From assembly GCA_964187785.1 (NCBI GenBank), contig OZ076409.1, forward strand, positions 65,846,001 to 65,910,000: a stretch of DNA of 64,000 nt, read 5' to 3'. The stretch is from Amphiscolops sp. MND2022. Taxonomy: Eukaryota. Positions 43,161-55,935 of the stretch are shown piece by piece (the first letter of the stretch is position 1; every line of letters begins with the position of its first letter). The notes beneath the pieces are model-generated. The model was not told the DNA's origin, did not search any database, and was given only the letters and a program-made list of their open reading frames with translations. The translations under genes were made by a program, and so were the position numbers.

Positions 43161-43934
43161 TTGTTTTTGTTTCAGTTGCCGAGTAGCCTTAGAGCAGCTT
43201 TTATGCAGCTGCGAAACTCGTTAACGGGTTTGGTTGTGACACCAAACCAATTCGAACGTGCTGATAGCATTTTACGTTCGATTTCCGCAATGCTCTCTGT
43301 GAGCTCGCGGACAGGGTCCCGTATTCCTCCCCCGGCCAATGCGGAAATGAGCTTGCCATCGTTTAATTCATTTCTGAACGACCTCTTGTTGCAGCCGCTT
43401 CCAGAACAGCAGCCGGAAGAGACAGCTACAGAAGCTAGCATATCGTCTCCCGAAGTCACCTCCGATGCGGCCCCTGTCCCAAAAAGACGAAAACGTCAAT
43501 TGACAGAGGCCGAAGTCAAAGAGAAACTTTTGTCCGGCTTGCAATCACCGTCATCATCACCTGCGCTACGAAATGAAAACTTATTTGATCGTTCTGTGGA
43601 CTTCGGGAAAGTCTGCCGAAGAATACTTCAGCTCGAGCGCGAGCAGAATTTAGGTCTGATAGACCAAGTTTTTTATATCGGAGGAATGGTTGTGGAAGTG
43701 CTCCAGCACCAACTCGCAACAAAAAATTGCGCTCGCATTGCCAGCGAGCTTCAGAAGTTCGGTGTCTTCCTGGGAGGCAAAGTCGTGGAGGCAAAAAGAA
43801 TATACGAGCTCTGTAAAAAGTTCCCGAAACTGAGGCGTGTTCGCACGGGATTCTCGCCGATGGAGCTTACACAGAGCGTTCGGCATTTCGAGAACATTTG
43901 TTCATCCGACCGCGACTTCTGGTCTCAGGAGTAG
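43161..43934 (+). CDS. Polinton terminal hypothetical protein (~257 aa, possibly spliced at the 5' end)
   Basis: Long ORF that begins at a pyrimidine tract plus CAG acceptor-like site. No recognised motif. Confidence 0.6.
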   Translation: MFLFQLPSSLRAAFMQLRNSLTGLVVTPNQFERADSILRSISAMLSVSSRTGSRIPPPANAEMSLPSFNSFLNDLLLQPLPEQQPEETATEASISSPEVTSDAAPVPKRRKRQLTEAEVKEKLLSGLQSPSSSPALRNENLFDRSVDFGKVCRRILQLEREQNLGLIDQVFYIGGMVVEVLQHQLATKNCARIASELQKFGVFLGGKVVEAKRIYELCKKFPKLRRVRTGFSPMELTQSVRHFENICSSDRDFWSQE

Positions 43935-44068
43935 CCAATTCCCTGCTCTGCATGCGAACAAATTCCTTTATTTTTCTACTATCCCCTACTTTATCATCAA
44001 ATATTTATTCCCAGCAGCAAACAGAGGTTTGAAGTTTTAAAAGTGTTTGTTAAAATTTTATTCAATAT

Positions 44069-44123
44069 AAATTTGGGTTAAAACTGTTCTAAGTACCTGG
44101 TTTATTTGCGGCTGTATTCTTCT
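44069..44123 (-). repeat. Polinton right TIR
   Basis: Reverse complement of 22167-22221. Confidence 0.95.
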
Positions 44124-46210
44124 GCTATGTTATGTAGAACATACTTTTAGTTATTTTCCAGTCAAATTTATGGTAGCTTTTGGCAGAAACAGGTGGAGGG
44201 ACAGAATGTTGCCTGAAACTATCGTATCGAACGAATTGCATGTAATCGAATATCGCGTTGAATCCAGGTAAAACTGTGAAAGTAATCCGTATTGATAATC
44301 AGGTAATATTGAATAGGACGCCCGTTGAGCAAAGGAGTATTTTCAGTTCAAGTTTCTCATTTTATTAAAAGTAACTAAAATCATAGCTATTGAATCCTGG
44401 AACACTCTCATTTGCGTTAAATATTGAGTATTCAGGTTTTCAGTTTTGTAAAATTTTACATTTTTCATTTTTTGTAAAATTGTAAGATTTTTGACACCCT
44501 TTTGGTCCAAATTATTTATGTCAAATGATTTTTGTCTTGCTTCGAACATTTGAAAAATCGCAGATTTTGAAGCTTAAAAGAGGTCGACAAACGCGATAAA
44601 CCTTTGGTTTACGTTTACTCTTGTCTGAATAATGAAAACAACAATTCAACGTTCTCGAAAAAGATTGGCAACAAAGATAGCGATTGTCTTACCAGAATTG
44701 AAGTATAAACACGTATGTAAAAGCCATATGTTATATCTCAGCTAGATAGTGCAACGTCCCAAAGATTGAAAACTTTGTTTATTAGAAACGTTGAACGACT
44801 TCGCTCTGTTTACAAATGGTGTTCTAAACTCCTATATGCGTTGAATTAGGTCAAAATCAGTATTGCCCGGTTTTGTATGTTTCTACAAATCTTATAAAAT
44901 TCAAATATATAAAGAGTATATAAATCTTCCTGATTGACGTTCATTCTCTCTGTTTGAAAGCGTCTCTAATGACTTCAAACCTTTGATAGACATGAGTTAA
45001 TTTCACCAAGAATTTGATTGATCAGTCGAATTAAGAACACGTAGCCAGCAGCGTTTTTCTAATTTAGATTGGAATACGACTGTCGTGAACTAAAAAAGTG
45101 TCAAAATAACCTAATCTAAGAGGCAGGAACGAAAGAAGTCTAACTGAATTGAGAAAAAGAGTCTTTCTTTTAGGACGAGAATCGAATTACCGGGTTTATT
45201 AAATTACGCAATAAACCTCAACGTCCTTTTTGTTCGATTGAATGGAATATTATTTAGGGGGAAAAGGGTAATTTACGATCAGAGTGGCTGTCAAATTGTT
45301 GAAAGATTCTTTATCAGTCGAGCTTTCTTTCCGGAACAAAGCAATGTCGAAACTCTGACAAGAAACGGTATAAAACGTTCATTGTGATATTTTTCCTAAC
45401 TTTTTCAAAAATTCGCAGCAAGTATGAATCATCATTGGAAACAATTTATTTAAACTTTGAGAGTTACGGATTATGGTTCCAGTTTCTTTGAATTTCGTAT
45501 CCAGTCAGCAAAAAAGACAATCCCATCACGTATTGAACGGAATAAATGTTTCTCTCGTCAAATTCTGATGAAATATATAAAAAATAAGGAAAAGTTAATA
45601 ATTGATTGTGTAGACTCATGTGACCTCATCAAAATGGAATGAAAAATAAAATGATTTCGGGAATAATTAAAATTTATAATTCACTAGATAAAAAGTTAGT
45701 TTTCACCACAATTGTGAAAAAGGAAAAATATCTTTTAAAACGTTTTAGCTTTGGTTTAAACGAGTATAAGCTTTAAGGATTACACCCTCTTGTATCTAAG
45801 GGGTTTCGTTTCTTCATGATAAGGCTCAGCTCATACTAATACTTCAAACTTTTCAGATGTTCAATTCAGATTAAGCAGCATGTAGAACAGTGATTCTATT
45901 TAGTTTGGCCATTTCCACAACTTTCGATCATGTCTCAATCATTTCGAAGTGCATTGCAATGATTTTTATACTAAAGAAAGTGTGTTTGAAAAACTAGATT
46001 CTGGAGATATAACGTATGCGTTTCGCTGTAATGCATGTCTTTTTGATGAGTGTCATTTTTGAGGTTTCTACTGCAATTACAGTATCCAATCTAGATAAAA
46101 ACATCTTAGGTTCCGAATTGATTCCACAGAATCGGCCCTCAAACACTCTCTCAGCGCTTTGTTTTGTCAGTGCATTCAAATAGGTCCAAAGAACCGAATA
46201 CGGGCACTTT

Positions 46211-46277
46211 AAGATCATACTTCTAGAGATCATTTCTAGAGTCCGCATCTTCGCCTCTTCTGGCTATCTGAGGGCTT
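46211..46277 (+). pseudogene. Internally deleted U3-like copy
   Basis: The 5' ~52 nt are joined directly to the box D end (CTATCTGAGGG); boxes C', B and C are missing. Confidence 0.7.
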
Positions 46278-46604
46278 CGCATTAATCGAACAATGCAGTT
46301 AAAAAAGAAAACTTTCGTACGGTAAAGTAGTTAAAAATCTATCCAGTCCGTGTTGTCAGATTTTTAGAATATCAAAACCAAACGGTACATTTCAAGGTGC
46401 CACTGCTTCTAAAAAAGCTACAATAGTCATTGCCACAACGCAATTCATGAAGAAACAGTTTTTAAATTTTGAAGATTTTATGAGAGAAAACATTCCACGA
46501 CGTTTATGATTATTTTCATATTCAATGTGGTACAAAGACCAGGCAGGCACCTATGAAAAGACTTCACCTTTTAATGAACTGAATTTCCTTTAGTGCACAT
46601 CTAA

Positions 46605-47049
46605 TTTTTAGTCGGCGCTTCATGAAGTGAAACGCGACTATAAACAGTGACTTTTTTCAATCCACACGAACTGACAAAATAGTTCTACAAAGTTATACGA
46701 AGTTTTATGGAGTCAAATTGAACCATTTGGCCTAGAAAACTAAACCAAAAAAGTGTTTTTCTTTTTTTCCCCGCGTAACATACCGAGCGAGACTAAAGGG
46801 TCCCCCTTTCAGTTTTTTCGGCATTGTAAGACTTCTGTTCGTAAAATGTTTGATGTCTTCAAAGGGTCCCCCTTCAATTTTTTGACATTTTGCAACAGAA
46901 TGGATGTTAAAAAATTCGAAAGGGCGCGCCTATTCGGTCCAACTTTTGGGTTTTTCGGCTACTGTAAAAAAACACTCCACACTTTGAAATTCTTTTGCTA
47001 TTTTTGAGCCTTAGATATGGCGCCGACTTATGCCGTTCCCGGCTTGTTT
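46605..47049 (+). mobile_element. Helentron/HINE-like copy C
   Basis: TTTTTAGTCGGCGC ... GGCGCCGACTT-AT-GCCG-TTCC-CGGC-TTGTTT. Confidence 0.6.
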
Positions 47050-48017
47050 AAATTTGATTTAAACCAGTTAACTTTTCTTTTTTTTCCCGTAATTCTTTGC
47101 TGGTTTTGTTTTCATTTTCACATCTTTGCATTCACACCTCAAATTGATTTTCTTGCATTTTAGTCGCTTTCGAAATTTATACAAATGGAAGTTTCTTTGA
47201 AGAAGAACACAATACATTAGTGATATTATTAAAAGCAACAAAAGGCAAATCTCAAAATCCAATATTTCTGAAGCAGCAGCGAATTTTGAAAAATGATGAA
47301 AGTGAAAGTTTCTTAGATTTTTATCTAGTTTACAAATATGTTTGTTTGAAAATTATGCGATGAAAATTGTAGAAGTTACGATAGGCCATTTTTAGCCAAA
47401 TTTTGCCCAAAATTGAGGGGTTTCTCACTTTTGATATACTTTTACTCAAAATTTTTGGAAAATTTTGTGTTCAATTGGCACCCCTGATTTAACTGAAGCC
47501 CCTGATATGTTTTGATTAGGAAATCATTCTGAAATCGCAATGAAAATACGCTGTAAAAATAAGTTTTTTCGAAAATACATGTATTAAGATACGATTTTGA
47601 AATATAGCCACTTAAAACAAGCTCGTATTAATCCAATTTACAATATTTTCGATAAAAATTATATTGTCAGATTCGAAGTATTTGGGGGAAATTTTCTGTC
47701 AAAATTATTTTGAAATCAAAAAATTGTAAGTGGGTCAAAAATTCAAAAAACTAAAAATTGATGCTTTGGAAATTGCTCTCGACCAATGAAATGAGCGCAT
47801 GAGACGTTATTTAGCCAATGAGATTTGTCTATTTGCTCTCTTTCCGCGTGCTTTGTTGCTTTTAATAATATCACTACTGTAGTGCATATATCATTCTATA
47901 GAGTAGCTGACAAAATTGCAAGCAATTACAAATTGACCAATGTCATCTAGACAAATTTTAATAGACAAATGCATTTCGTTCATGAAATTTTTTTGTGGAG
48001 TTGAATACGGTCACTTT

Positions 48018-48216
48018 AAGATCATACTTCTAGAGATCATTTCTAGAGTCTGCATCTTCGCCTCTTTTGGCAAAATTGATGACTTTCATCAACCCGATGA
48101 TGACAGATGGGTGTCTGGTCAGAGCATGAAGGTGTCATGAGGGGAAACCTTCGATGACGTTAGTGATTGCTTCGTACTCCTTGGAGTACATAGAACAGGC
48201 AGCTATCTGAGGGCTT
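48018..48216 (+). ncRNA. U3: U3 snoRNA-like copy, full length but lacking the candidate PSE
   Basis: AAGATCATACTTCTAGAGATCATTTCTAGAG, CCCGATGATGA, GAGCATGA, CGATGACG and CTGAGGG, in U3 order and spacing. Confidence 0.72.
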
Positions 48217-48543
48217 CGCATTAATCGAACAATGCAGTTAAAAAAGAAAATTTTCGTACGGTAAAGTAGTTAAAAATCTATCCAGTCCGTGTTGTCAGAT
48301 TTGTAGAATATCAAAACCAAACGGTACATTTCAAGGTGCCACTGCTTCTAAAAGAGCTACAATAGTCATTGCCACAACGCAATTCATGAAGAAACAGTTT
48401 TTAAATTTTGAAGATTTTATGAGAGAAAACATTCCACGACGTTTATAATTATTTTCATATTCAATGTGGTACAAAGACCAGGCAGGCACCTATGAAAAGA
48501 CTTCACCTTTTAATGAACTGAATTTCCTTTAGTGCACATCTAA

Positions 48544-48988
48544 TTTTTAGTCGGCGCTTCATGAAGTGAAACGCGACTATAAACAGTGACTTTTTTCAAT
48601 CCACACGAACTGACAAAATAGTTCTACAAAGTTATACGAAGTTTTATGGAGTCAAATTGAACCATTTGGCCTAGAAAACTAAACCAAAAAAGTGTTTTTC
48701 TTTTTTTCCCCGCGTAACATACCGAGCGAGACTAAAGGGTCCCCCTTTCAGTTTTTTCGGCATTGTAAGACTTTTGTTCGTAAAATGTTTGATGTCTTCA
48801 AAGGGTCCCCCTTCAATTTTTTGACATTTTGCAACAGAATGGATGTTAAAAAATTCGAAAGGGCGCGCCTATTCGGTCCAACTTTTGGGTTTTTCGGCTA
48901 CTGTAAAAAAACACTCCACACTTTGAAATTCTTTTGCTATTTTTGAGCCTTAGATATGGCGCCGACTTATGCCGTTCCCGGCTTGTTT
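48544..48988 (+). mobile_element. Helentron/HINE-like copy D (duplicate of C)
   Basis: Same termini, within the second duplication unit. Confidence 0.6.
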
Positions 48989-49927
48989 AAATTTGATTTA
49001 AACCAGTTAACTTTTCTTTTTTTCCCGTAATTCTTTGCTGGTTTTGTTTTCATTGCTTCTTGCATTTTCTTGCATTTTTAGTCGCTTTCGAAATTTATAC
49101 AAATGGAAGTTTCTTTAAAGAAGAACACAATACAGTAGTGATATTATTAAAAGCAACAAAAGGCAAATCTCAAAATTCAATATCTCTGAAGCAGCAGCGA
49201 ATTTTGAAAAATGATAAAAGTGAAAGTTTCTTAGATTTTTATCTAGTTTACAAATATGTTTGTTTGAAAATTATGCGATGAAAATTGTAGAAGTTACGAT
49301 AGGCCCTTTTTAGCCAAATTTTGCCCAAAATTGAGGGGTTTCTCACTTTTGATATACTTTTACTCAAAATTTTTGGAAAATTTTATTTTCAATTGGCACC
49401 CCTGATTTAACTGAAGCCCCTGATATGTTTTGAGTAGGAAATCATTCTAAAATCGCAATGAAAATACGCTGTAAAATTAAGTTTTTTCAAAAATACATGT
49501 ATTAAGATACGATTTTGAAATATACCACTTAAAACAAGCTCGTATTAATACAATTTACAATATTTTCGAGAAAAAATAATATTGTCAGATTCGAAGTAAT
49601 TGGGAGAATTTTTCTGTCAAAATTATTTTGAAATCAAAAAATTGTAAGTGGGTCAAAATTTCAAAAAACTAAAAATTGATGCTTTGGAAATCGCTCTCGA
49701 CCAATGAAATGAGCGCATGAGACGTTATTTAGCCAATGAGATTTGTTTATTTGCTCTCTTTCCGCTTTCTTTGTTGCTTTTAATAATATCACTACTGTAG
49801 TGCATATATCATTCTATAGAGTACCTGACAAAATTGCAAGCAATTACAAATTGACCAATGTCATCTAGACAAATTTTAATAGACAAATTCATATCGTTCA
49901 TGAAATTTTTTTTGTGGAGTTGAATTG

Positions 49928-50579
49928 AACAAGACGAGAACGTCTAAAGTCGGCGCTATATCAAGGCTCAAATAGCGCAAGATATTTTTTCGGAAAAACA
50001 CTTGAAATTTTTCATAATTTTTTTCTTTCGAAAAATATCGCATAGTGCCGAAAAATGTAAAAGAGGGGACCCTTTTGGATTCATTAACATACATTCTGTT
50101 GCAAAATATCAAAAAACTTGAAAGGGGACCCTTTAGGGACAATAAAAAATTTACCAAAAAAGCCGCACAGTGCCGAAAAAAGCCGAAGGGGGACCCTTTA
50201 TGCACTTCCGGTTTTGTAGGTGTCCTTGAAAAAATAAAAATGGGGGACCCTTTACACTCATCCGGTTGTAAAGGCTACGTTGGTTAAAAAGTAAAAAACT
50301 AAAGGGGAACTCTTTGGAGACAAAAAAATTCGAAAAAATGTCGGACAGTACCGAAAAAATTGAAAGGGGAGACCCTTTAGTCCCGTCCGGTTTTGTAGGT
50401 TACGTTTAAAAAGTGAAAAACCAAAGGGGGACCCTTAGGAATAGCTTGGATGCGTTTCCCTGCTATTTAGTTTCCTTTAGTTGAACGTTAACGTTCGTGG
50501 CGTCGAGTCTGTCTTAAAAAAAGAAAACAAAACGAGTGACTGTAATAGTTGGGCTCTTTTATTGATAAAAAACCTAAAA
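49928..50579 (-). mobile_element. Helentron/HINE-like copy E
   Basis: Minus-strand 3' end GCGCCGACTTTAGACGTTCTCGTCTTGTT and repeated AAAGGGGACCC motifs. The 5' end is degenerate. Confidence 0.55.
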
Positions 50580-50639
50580 GGGGAACCAAACTTGATACTT
50601 TTCTTGAGTGAATAAGGCTAGTCATGTAAACTGCATCTA

Positions 50640-51480
50640 GCATTTTAGTATTGCTCCGCAAAACAATAACATACCGAACATCTTCGTAGAGAAATATCAC
50701 CAAACATTGGCTAGATGACATCATCGTGGTCACAAGGGAGCGAAACAAAACAGGCAGAATAACTCGAAGTATTGCACAGAAAACAAAACTCAGAAAACAG
50801 ACTGAGTGGAGAAGACTTTTTTTGACTTTTTCAACGATAGAAGGGGGTGGCCACAAAGTTGACCAAAACGTCATTCGACCGTTACAAGATAAATGTAAGA
50901 TTATTACTGACTTGAAAGAACCCGGAAATAAAAGAGCTGAAAATATATCTGGGCGAGATCCAGTTCCGTCTGGAGTACAGAAAAAATTGTCGGGTATTGC
51001 CGTCTTGCTTAGGCGTTTGTAAACCACAAAACTGGAATGAAGATAAAACACTTCATTACCTTCAAAAATGTTGAAAAACAGTAGTATCGCATTTGGGCCA
51101 CTATAACTGAAACTTAACAGAGAGTCTCACAACCGATGCCAGTACTAAGGGCCTAGAGGTCAATTTAAGGTAATGACAAAGAACCAGAGGATTCAAACCG
51201 GTAGTCGATTTCGTTGGAGCGCTGAACAAAAAGGCCATTCACAAACTTCAACAATTACCAATTGTAAGAGGGCGGAGCACTATAGTGTATACATATACGG
51301 TCAGCAGCGTCGATATCTAACCAACCACTAAGTTCTAGAAATACTGCTAAAGCGAAATGGTTCTGAAAAAACATAGATTGTCTAACAAATAAGAAGGCTC
51401 GACCGGTTGGCGAATTTTGACTCCGATTTAAACCATGTACAGGAAAACGTGTAGCTCTCACGCACTGCTCAAGTAGATAT
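50640..51480 (+). pseudogene. Decayed Gypsy-like RT/RNase H fragment
   Basis: WLDDIIVVTR at 50708, GHKVDQNVIRPLQDK, and LTTDASTKGL near 51126. Many frameshifts. Confidence 0.6.
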
Positions 51481-52098
51481 CCTGTCTTACCTTCACAAAA
51501 GGCAGATGCTGCTGTGTACGAGAAAAAAGTTCGTCGACAAAACATCTCAACTGAGAAAGAACACGGTTGCCTTAGCACAACAGGAAGAATCGGACCAATC
51601 ACAATACGGCAAAACAAGTCGAACAACGCAGCGAACTTCACTACAGAGAAAAGGTACAAGGGGTACGAATATTACGCTGGGAACGGCCGAAGTCGACGCC
51701 CCGCTCAATGTTCGAGCAGAGCAAAGTGTTGGAATTTTTCAGGGTTCAAAAAATACGCGAAGGGGTACACCTGAGACTCGAAAATATCTTTTTCTGAACT
51801 GAATACATTAGAAAAACGTTCATCTTGCAAACAAAGACTCATAGTGCCAAAAAACCAAAGAGACATTTTTTAAAATACGTAAAATGACACTATTGTAAAA
51901 CGTATATCACATTTACTGAGCCGGAAAACACCCGAAAAGATACCAATAAGACTCAGAAGCAGGTTTTTTTCTAACTGGAAACTTCAGAAAACCCAATGTT
52001 TTGAAAGACACAGAAAACTTTGGGGGGGGGGAGAAGTTTCAAATTGCCGAGAAAAAAGCGTTAAGCGCGCAAAATGCTTTTTTCCAAGCCAAGAACTT

Positions 52099-52574
52099 AA
52101 CAAGCCGGGACCGGCCCAAGTCGGCGCCATATCTAAAGCTCAAAAATAGCAAAAGGACTTCAAAATGTCAAAGCAGTGGTGAATTTGGAACCTTTCATGA
52201 TTTTTTTTCAAGAATGTCACAATGCCAAAAAAAACTGAAAGGGAGGACCCTTTGGGATTTTTCAATACCATTCTGTTGCAAAACTCCAAAAAAATGAAAG
52301 GGGGACCCTTTAGTGGAAAAAAATTGAAAAAGAGTCGCACAGTGCCGAAAAAAAATTAAAGGGGGGGGGCCTTTGGTCTCGTACGATGCTGTATGTTCCG
52401 CGGGAATCCTTTTTTCTTCAGTTCCTTGGGCCAACAGGTGCAATTTGGCGTTTTCTCAAAATGTTGTAGAACTTTTGGTAGAACTATTTTGGCCACTTCA
52501 TGTGGTCTTAAAAACACTGACGAAAAGCCATGACTATAGTCGACTCTTTTCTTAAGAAAAGCGCCGACTAAAAA
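52099..52574 (-). mobile_element. Helentron/HINE-like copy F
   Basis: Both termini present, with hairpin GCCG-GTCC-CGGC. Confidence 0.6.
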
Positions 52575-53495
52575 TAAAAAGAGTACTTTTTGACCGAATC
52601 GAAGTTTTTGGAAACAAAGTTGTATAATGGCGAATAAACCGTGCGTAGTTACCGCAGGTATTGAGAAAACACGCAGGACCAAAACATAACGGAAGAAAGG
52701 TTTCGAAAACGAATTTCCCTAGCAGAAAACCTCAGAGAAAAGAACGAAAATTGTGCGAAAAGGAGCCTACAATTCTCAGAAAACGCTGTTTCTGCTAAAA
52801 ATTGAAGGAGAGCAGCTCGGTTGTATCTAAAAAAATCAGAAAAGCCGCTTAGTGCCGAAACTACCCAAAGAGGGAACCGTTTTGTTTTTCGTCTACTACC
52901 TTTGCGAGCATAAATAGAAATTTCTAGAGAATGTCTCACAGTGCCAAAAGACACAAACTCTGGGACTTTTTAGGCTTTCTTATCATCCAGTTGGTCGAAG
53001 AAAATCAAAATAACTAAAGAGGTGACCCTTTGGCGACATCAACGAATTTCGGAAAAAAGTCTCACAATGCCGAAATATTCAGTGGAAAACGTTACCTTTT
53101 GGGTTGTCTAGTTACAACAAAAGCTTGAAAAACTATGGTAGCCAAAAGTGGTACCCTTTGGAAGCACCCGAGATGGCTCTCTAGTATGGTAGGAAGGTCT
53201 ATATAATTTCAGTAGAAAGTGAATCTTTCAACGTGAGTCGGGCATTTCCACAAAAAGCGCTGACTAAATACGAGAGATTTGGACCAAGTACAGTCAAGCA
53301 AAGCTGTCCGCAAGAACGCAAAATAAACACATGCCGACGAAACGCGGAAATCACGCGCCTTTAGCCATAATTCTCTTACACATAGTCAATGTTTATTGAT
53401 CGCTTGAAACACTAAAATCTCCCACAGCTGATAGAGTTGACCAAGTGGATCAATCGGTTGAAGTACAAATGCTTGTCAAAGTGGAGAAAAATAGT

Positions 53496-53939
53496 AACAA
53501 GGCGGGAACGGCATAAGTCGGCGCAAAATCTAGGGCTCAAAAATAGCAAAAGAACTTTAAAGTGTCAAGTATTCTTTTACAGTACCCAAAAAACCCTAAA
53601 GTTGGATCGAATTGGCGCGCTAAAAGGGGGACCCTTTGGGGTGTTTTAACATCCTTTCTGTTGCAAAACATCAAAAAATTGAAGGAGGACTCTTTGGTGA
53701 TTTTTTTTTCGAAAAATAAAGTCTCACAAGGCCGAAAAAACTGGTAGGGGGACCATTTAATCTCGCTCCGTATTGTAAGTTACGAGGAAAAAAAAGAAAA
53801 ACAATTTTGGTTCAGCTCAATTTGACTCCATAAAATTTCATAGAACTTTGAGAACTATTTTGAACAGTTCGTGTGGATTGAAAGAAAAAAAGAGTCACTA
53901 TAATGGTAGCGTTTCACTTCATGAAGCGCCGACTAAAAA
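53496..53939 (-). mobile_element. Helentron/HINE-like copy G
   Basis: Both termini present (GCGCCGACTAAAA and AACAAGGCGGGAACGGCATAAGTCGGCGC). Confidence 0.6.
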
Positions 53940-54877
53940 TGGAGAAAATAGATTAATCAGACTGAGTAGAAGAAATGTAACCAACCAAAATTGCTGAACA
54001 ACGACCATTGGACAATCGAGAAAAGCTGTGGCAAATACTTTACCACCTGGGAAGGGGCGAGCATTCAAATCACTAGCAGACAAATTTAGATCGATTCACA
54101 ACGGCCTTTACTGCTGTCGCGGTAACGGCGTTGGTTATCTTTGAAAAACCGGCAACCCAACAACTAACAACACCGATGGAATATCATCAGGCAACGCAAA
54201 TGCCACAATTAACTGGTCCCAATACACATATTGTTGAAATGAGCAGCTTGTAAACATGGAATGAGTACCAAAACTGGCCGCAAACGAACCGCAATCAATG
54301 GGACAGAGAAAGAACGGTATGGGAATTCCCATTTCTCTGTCCCATTTAAAGCGATAAACCTTTTTTCGACCAAACTGAAGCTGCTTATGGCTGAAGCAAC
54401 AATTGGTAGCTAACCATTCAGCACCCTCAACAAGATTTGAATGACCTCTCGTCATTTCTGGTAGCCAAACTTGTTAGAAGCTACGCGGTACAAGTAAGAG
54501 ACTCGTATTTCATGCTAAATATCTGTTATGAGCATTGAACCTAACGATCCTGGTACTGAAAAAAAAGCAATTATCATTGTCAGGCGAGCCCTATGAAAAA
54601 TTTGATGAGGTCACCCTTTGGATTTCGAAAAGTCTTTTCCTCTCAGAAAACTTCAAGAAAACAAAAACTAAGAAAAATAGGAGTTCCAAAAAATGTTATT
54701 AAATATTTGGTCAGCCGCATTGTGCTAACAAAACCGGACGTGGCCCTCTAGCTCGCAAAACGCTTTGTTCATGGTAAAAATCAAATGGAGACACACCGAT
54801 TGAAGAAATTTATGAAAAAAGTCTCATGGTGTCGGGAAAATCCTGAATGGGACCTAGTAGTTTTGCAAACAAAAAAT

Positions 54878-54960
54878 GTTGGTTTAGTGCGAGACTCGAA
54901 CTGGCTTCTCAGCCCCGCCACCAGGACAAGAAATCTGCGTTAACCACTAAGAGAAGTGGC
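54878..54960 (-). repeat. tRNA-derived (SINE-like) fragment
   Basis: Minus strand TAGTGGTTAACGCA (A-box-like) and GTTCGAGTCTCGCACTAAACCA (B-box-like). No clean cloverleaf. Confidence 0.35.
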
Positions 54961-55935
54961 AATGAGCAGAAGGTACTACGTTGTAGAAATCCTCATAGAA
55001 AACTGTCAGTTCGCTGGATTTTCGATTATACCGCAATATTTTCGAGCCTTTACCTCTTCTCTAGTGAAACGCAATTGACTTGGGAGACAACGTCAAAAGT
55101 TCAGATACGACGTGATAGAAGTTACTGCATTGATTAGATCCCAAAATGATTACCAACTACTACTATTCGGACCGAAAAACTTCGAAAGAGAATTAGTAGA
55201 ACTCTAGTGACAAAATCAAGCGAAACAAGACTAGAACATCTCAAGAGGGCTCCCCATACAAACCCTGAAATGCGCAAAGTTTTAAAAATTTGCTCACGAC
55301 CTTTTCTATACAAACCCTTTAAAAAGTGTCGAAACACCCGAAGTGTACCTTTCTAGCTCGAGAAACGTTTCAAAGGTGGGAATATAGCGTGCTGGACCAC
55401 ATATAGCGTTTTTTTGAACCCCCAGCTCTTCTTCACTTTATATGTTGAACAATTGGCTGTAAGATGCTGGCCAGACCAAATGGTCTTTTCTGCATATCCG
55501 CTCTATATGTTTTCCGTAAAAGTGAACAATCAGAGCTACTGGGGAAAAATTAGTCACTGTAAGAGTCGTGCTTTTTCTACAAAAACGTCGACTAAAAACA
55601 GATAAAGCGGCAACTTTTACCGTCCACACCTTCCGAGATTTTTACAAATGGCTTCTTAGGCCATTTGATATGATACACCGCACATTCATACACCCACGCG
55701 TAGGAGGAGTACGCATTTGTAAGTATGAAAAATTTCTTACAACTTGAAAACTTTCAAAATCTCATTGTAACAAGCATTTGACGTTATGCGGAAAACCTCT
55801 CATACTCGCGACCGAAAGTCGGCATTCGAAATACCTGACGGAAGGAAACCGACTACAGAGCTCAAAAATATGCCTAAACGCGTCTGATTAAAAATTTTAC
55901 CAGCTAAAACAATAATTTTTGGTAAAACAGTACAC

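Larger units (their letters stand above)
22167..44123 (+). mobile_element. Complete Polinton/Maverick (adintovirus-like) element, 21,957 bp
   Basis: AG...CT termini, inverted terminal repeats and a 6-bp TSD GCTATG (22161-22166, 44124-44129). Encodes pPolB, ATPase, integrase, penton, MCP and protease. Confidence 0.97.
46196..49926. repeat. Tandem duplication of ~1.8-1.9 kb (46196-48002 and 48003-49926)
   Basis: Near-identical ORFs at 46753 and 48692 (offset 1939) and long matching stretches. Unit 1 has a ~130-bp deletion. Confidence 0.92.
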
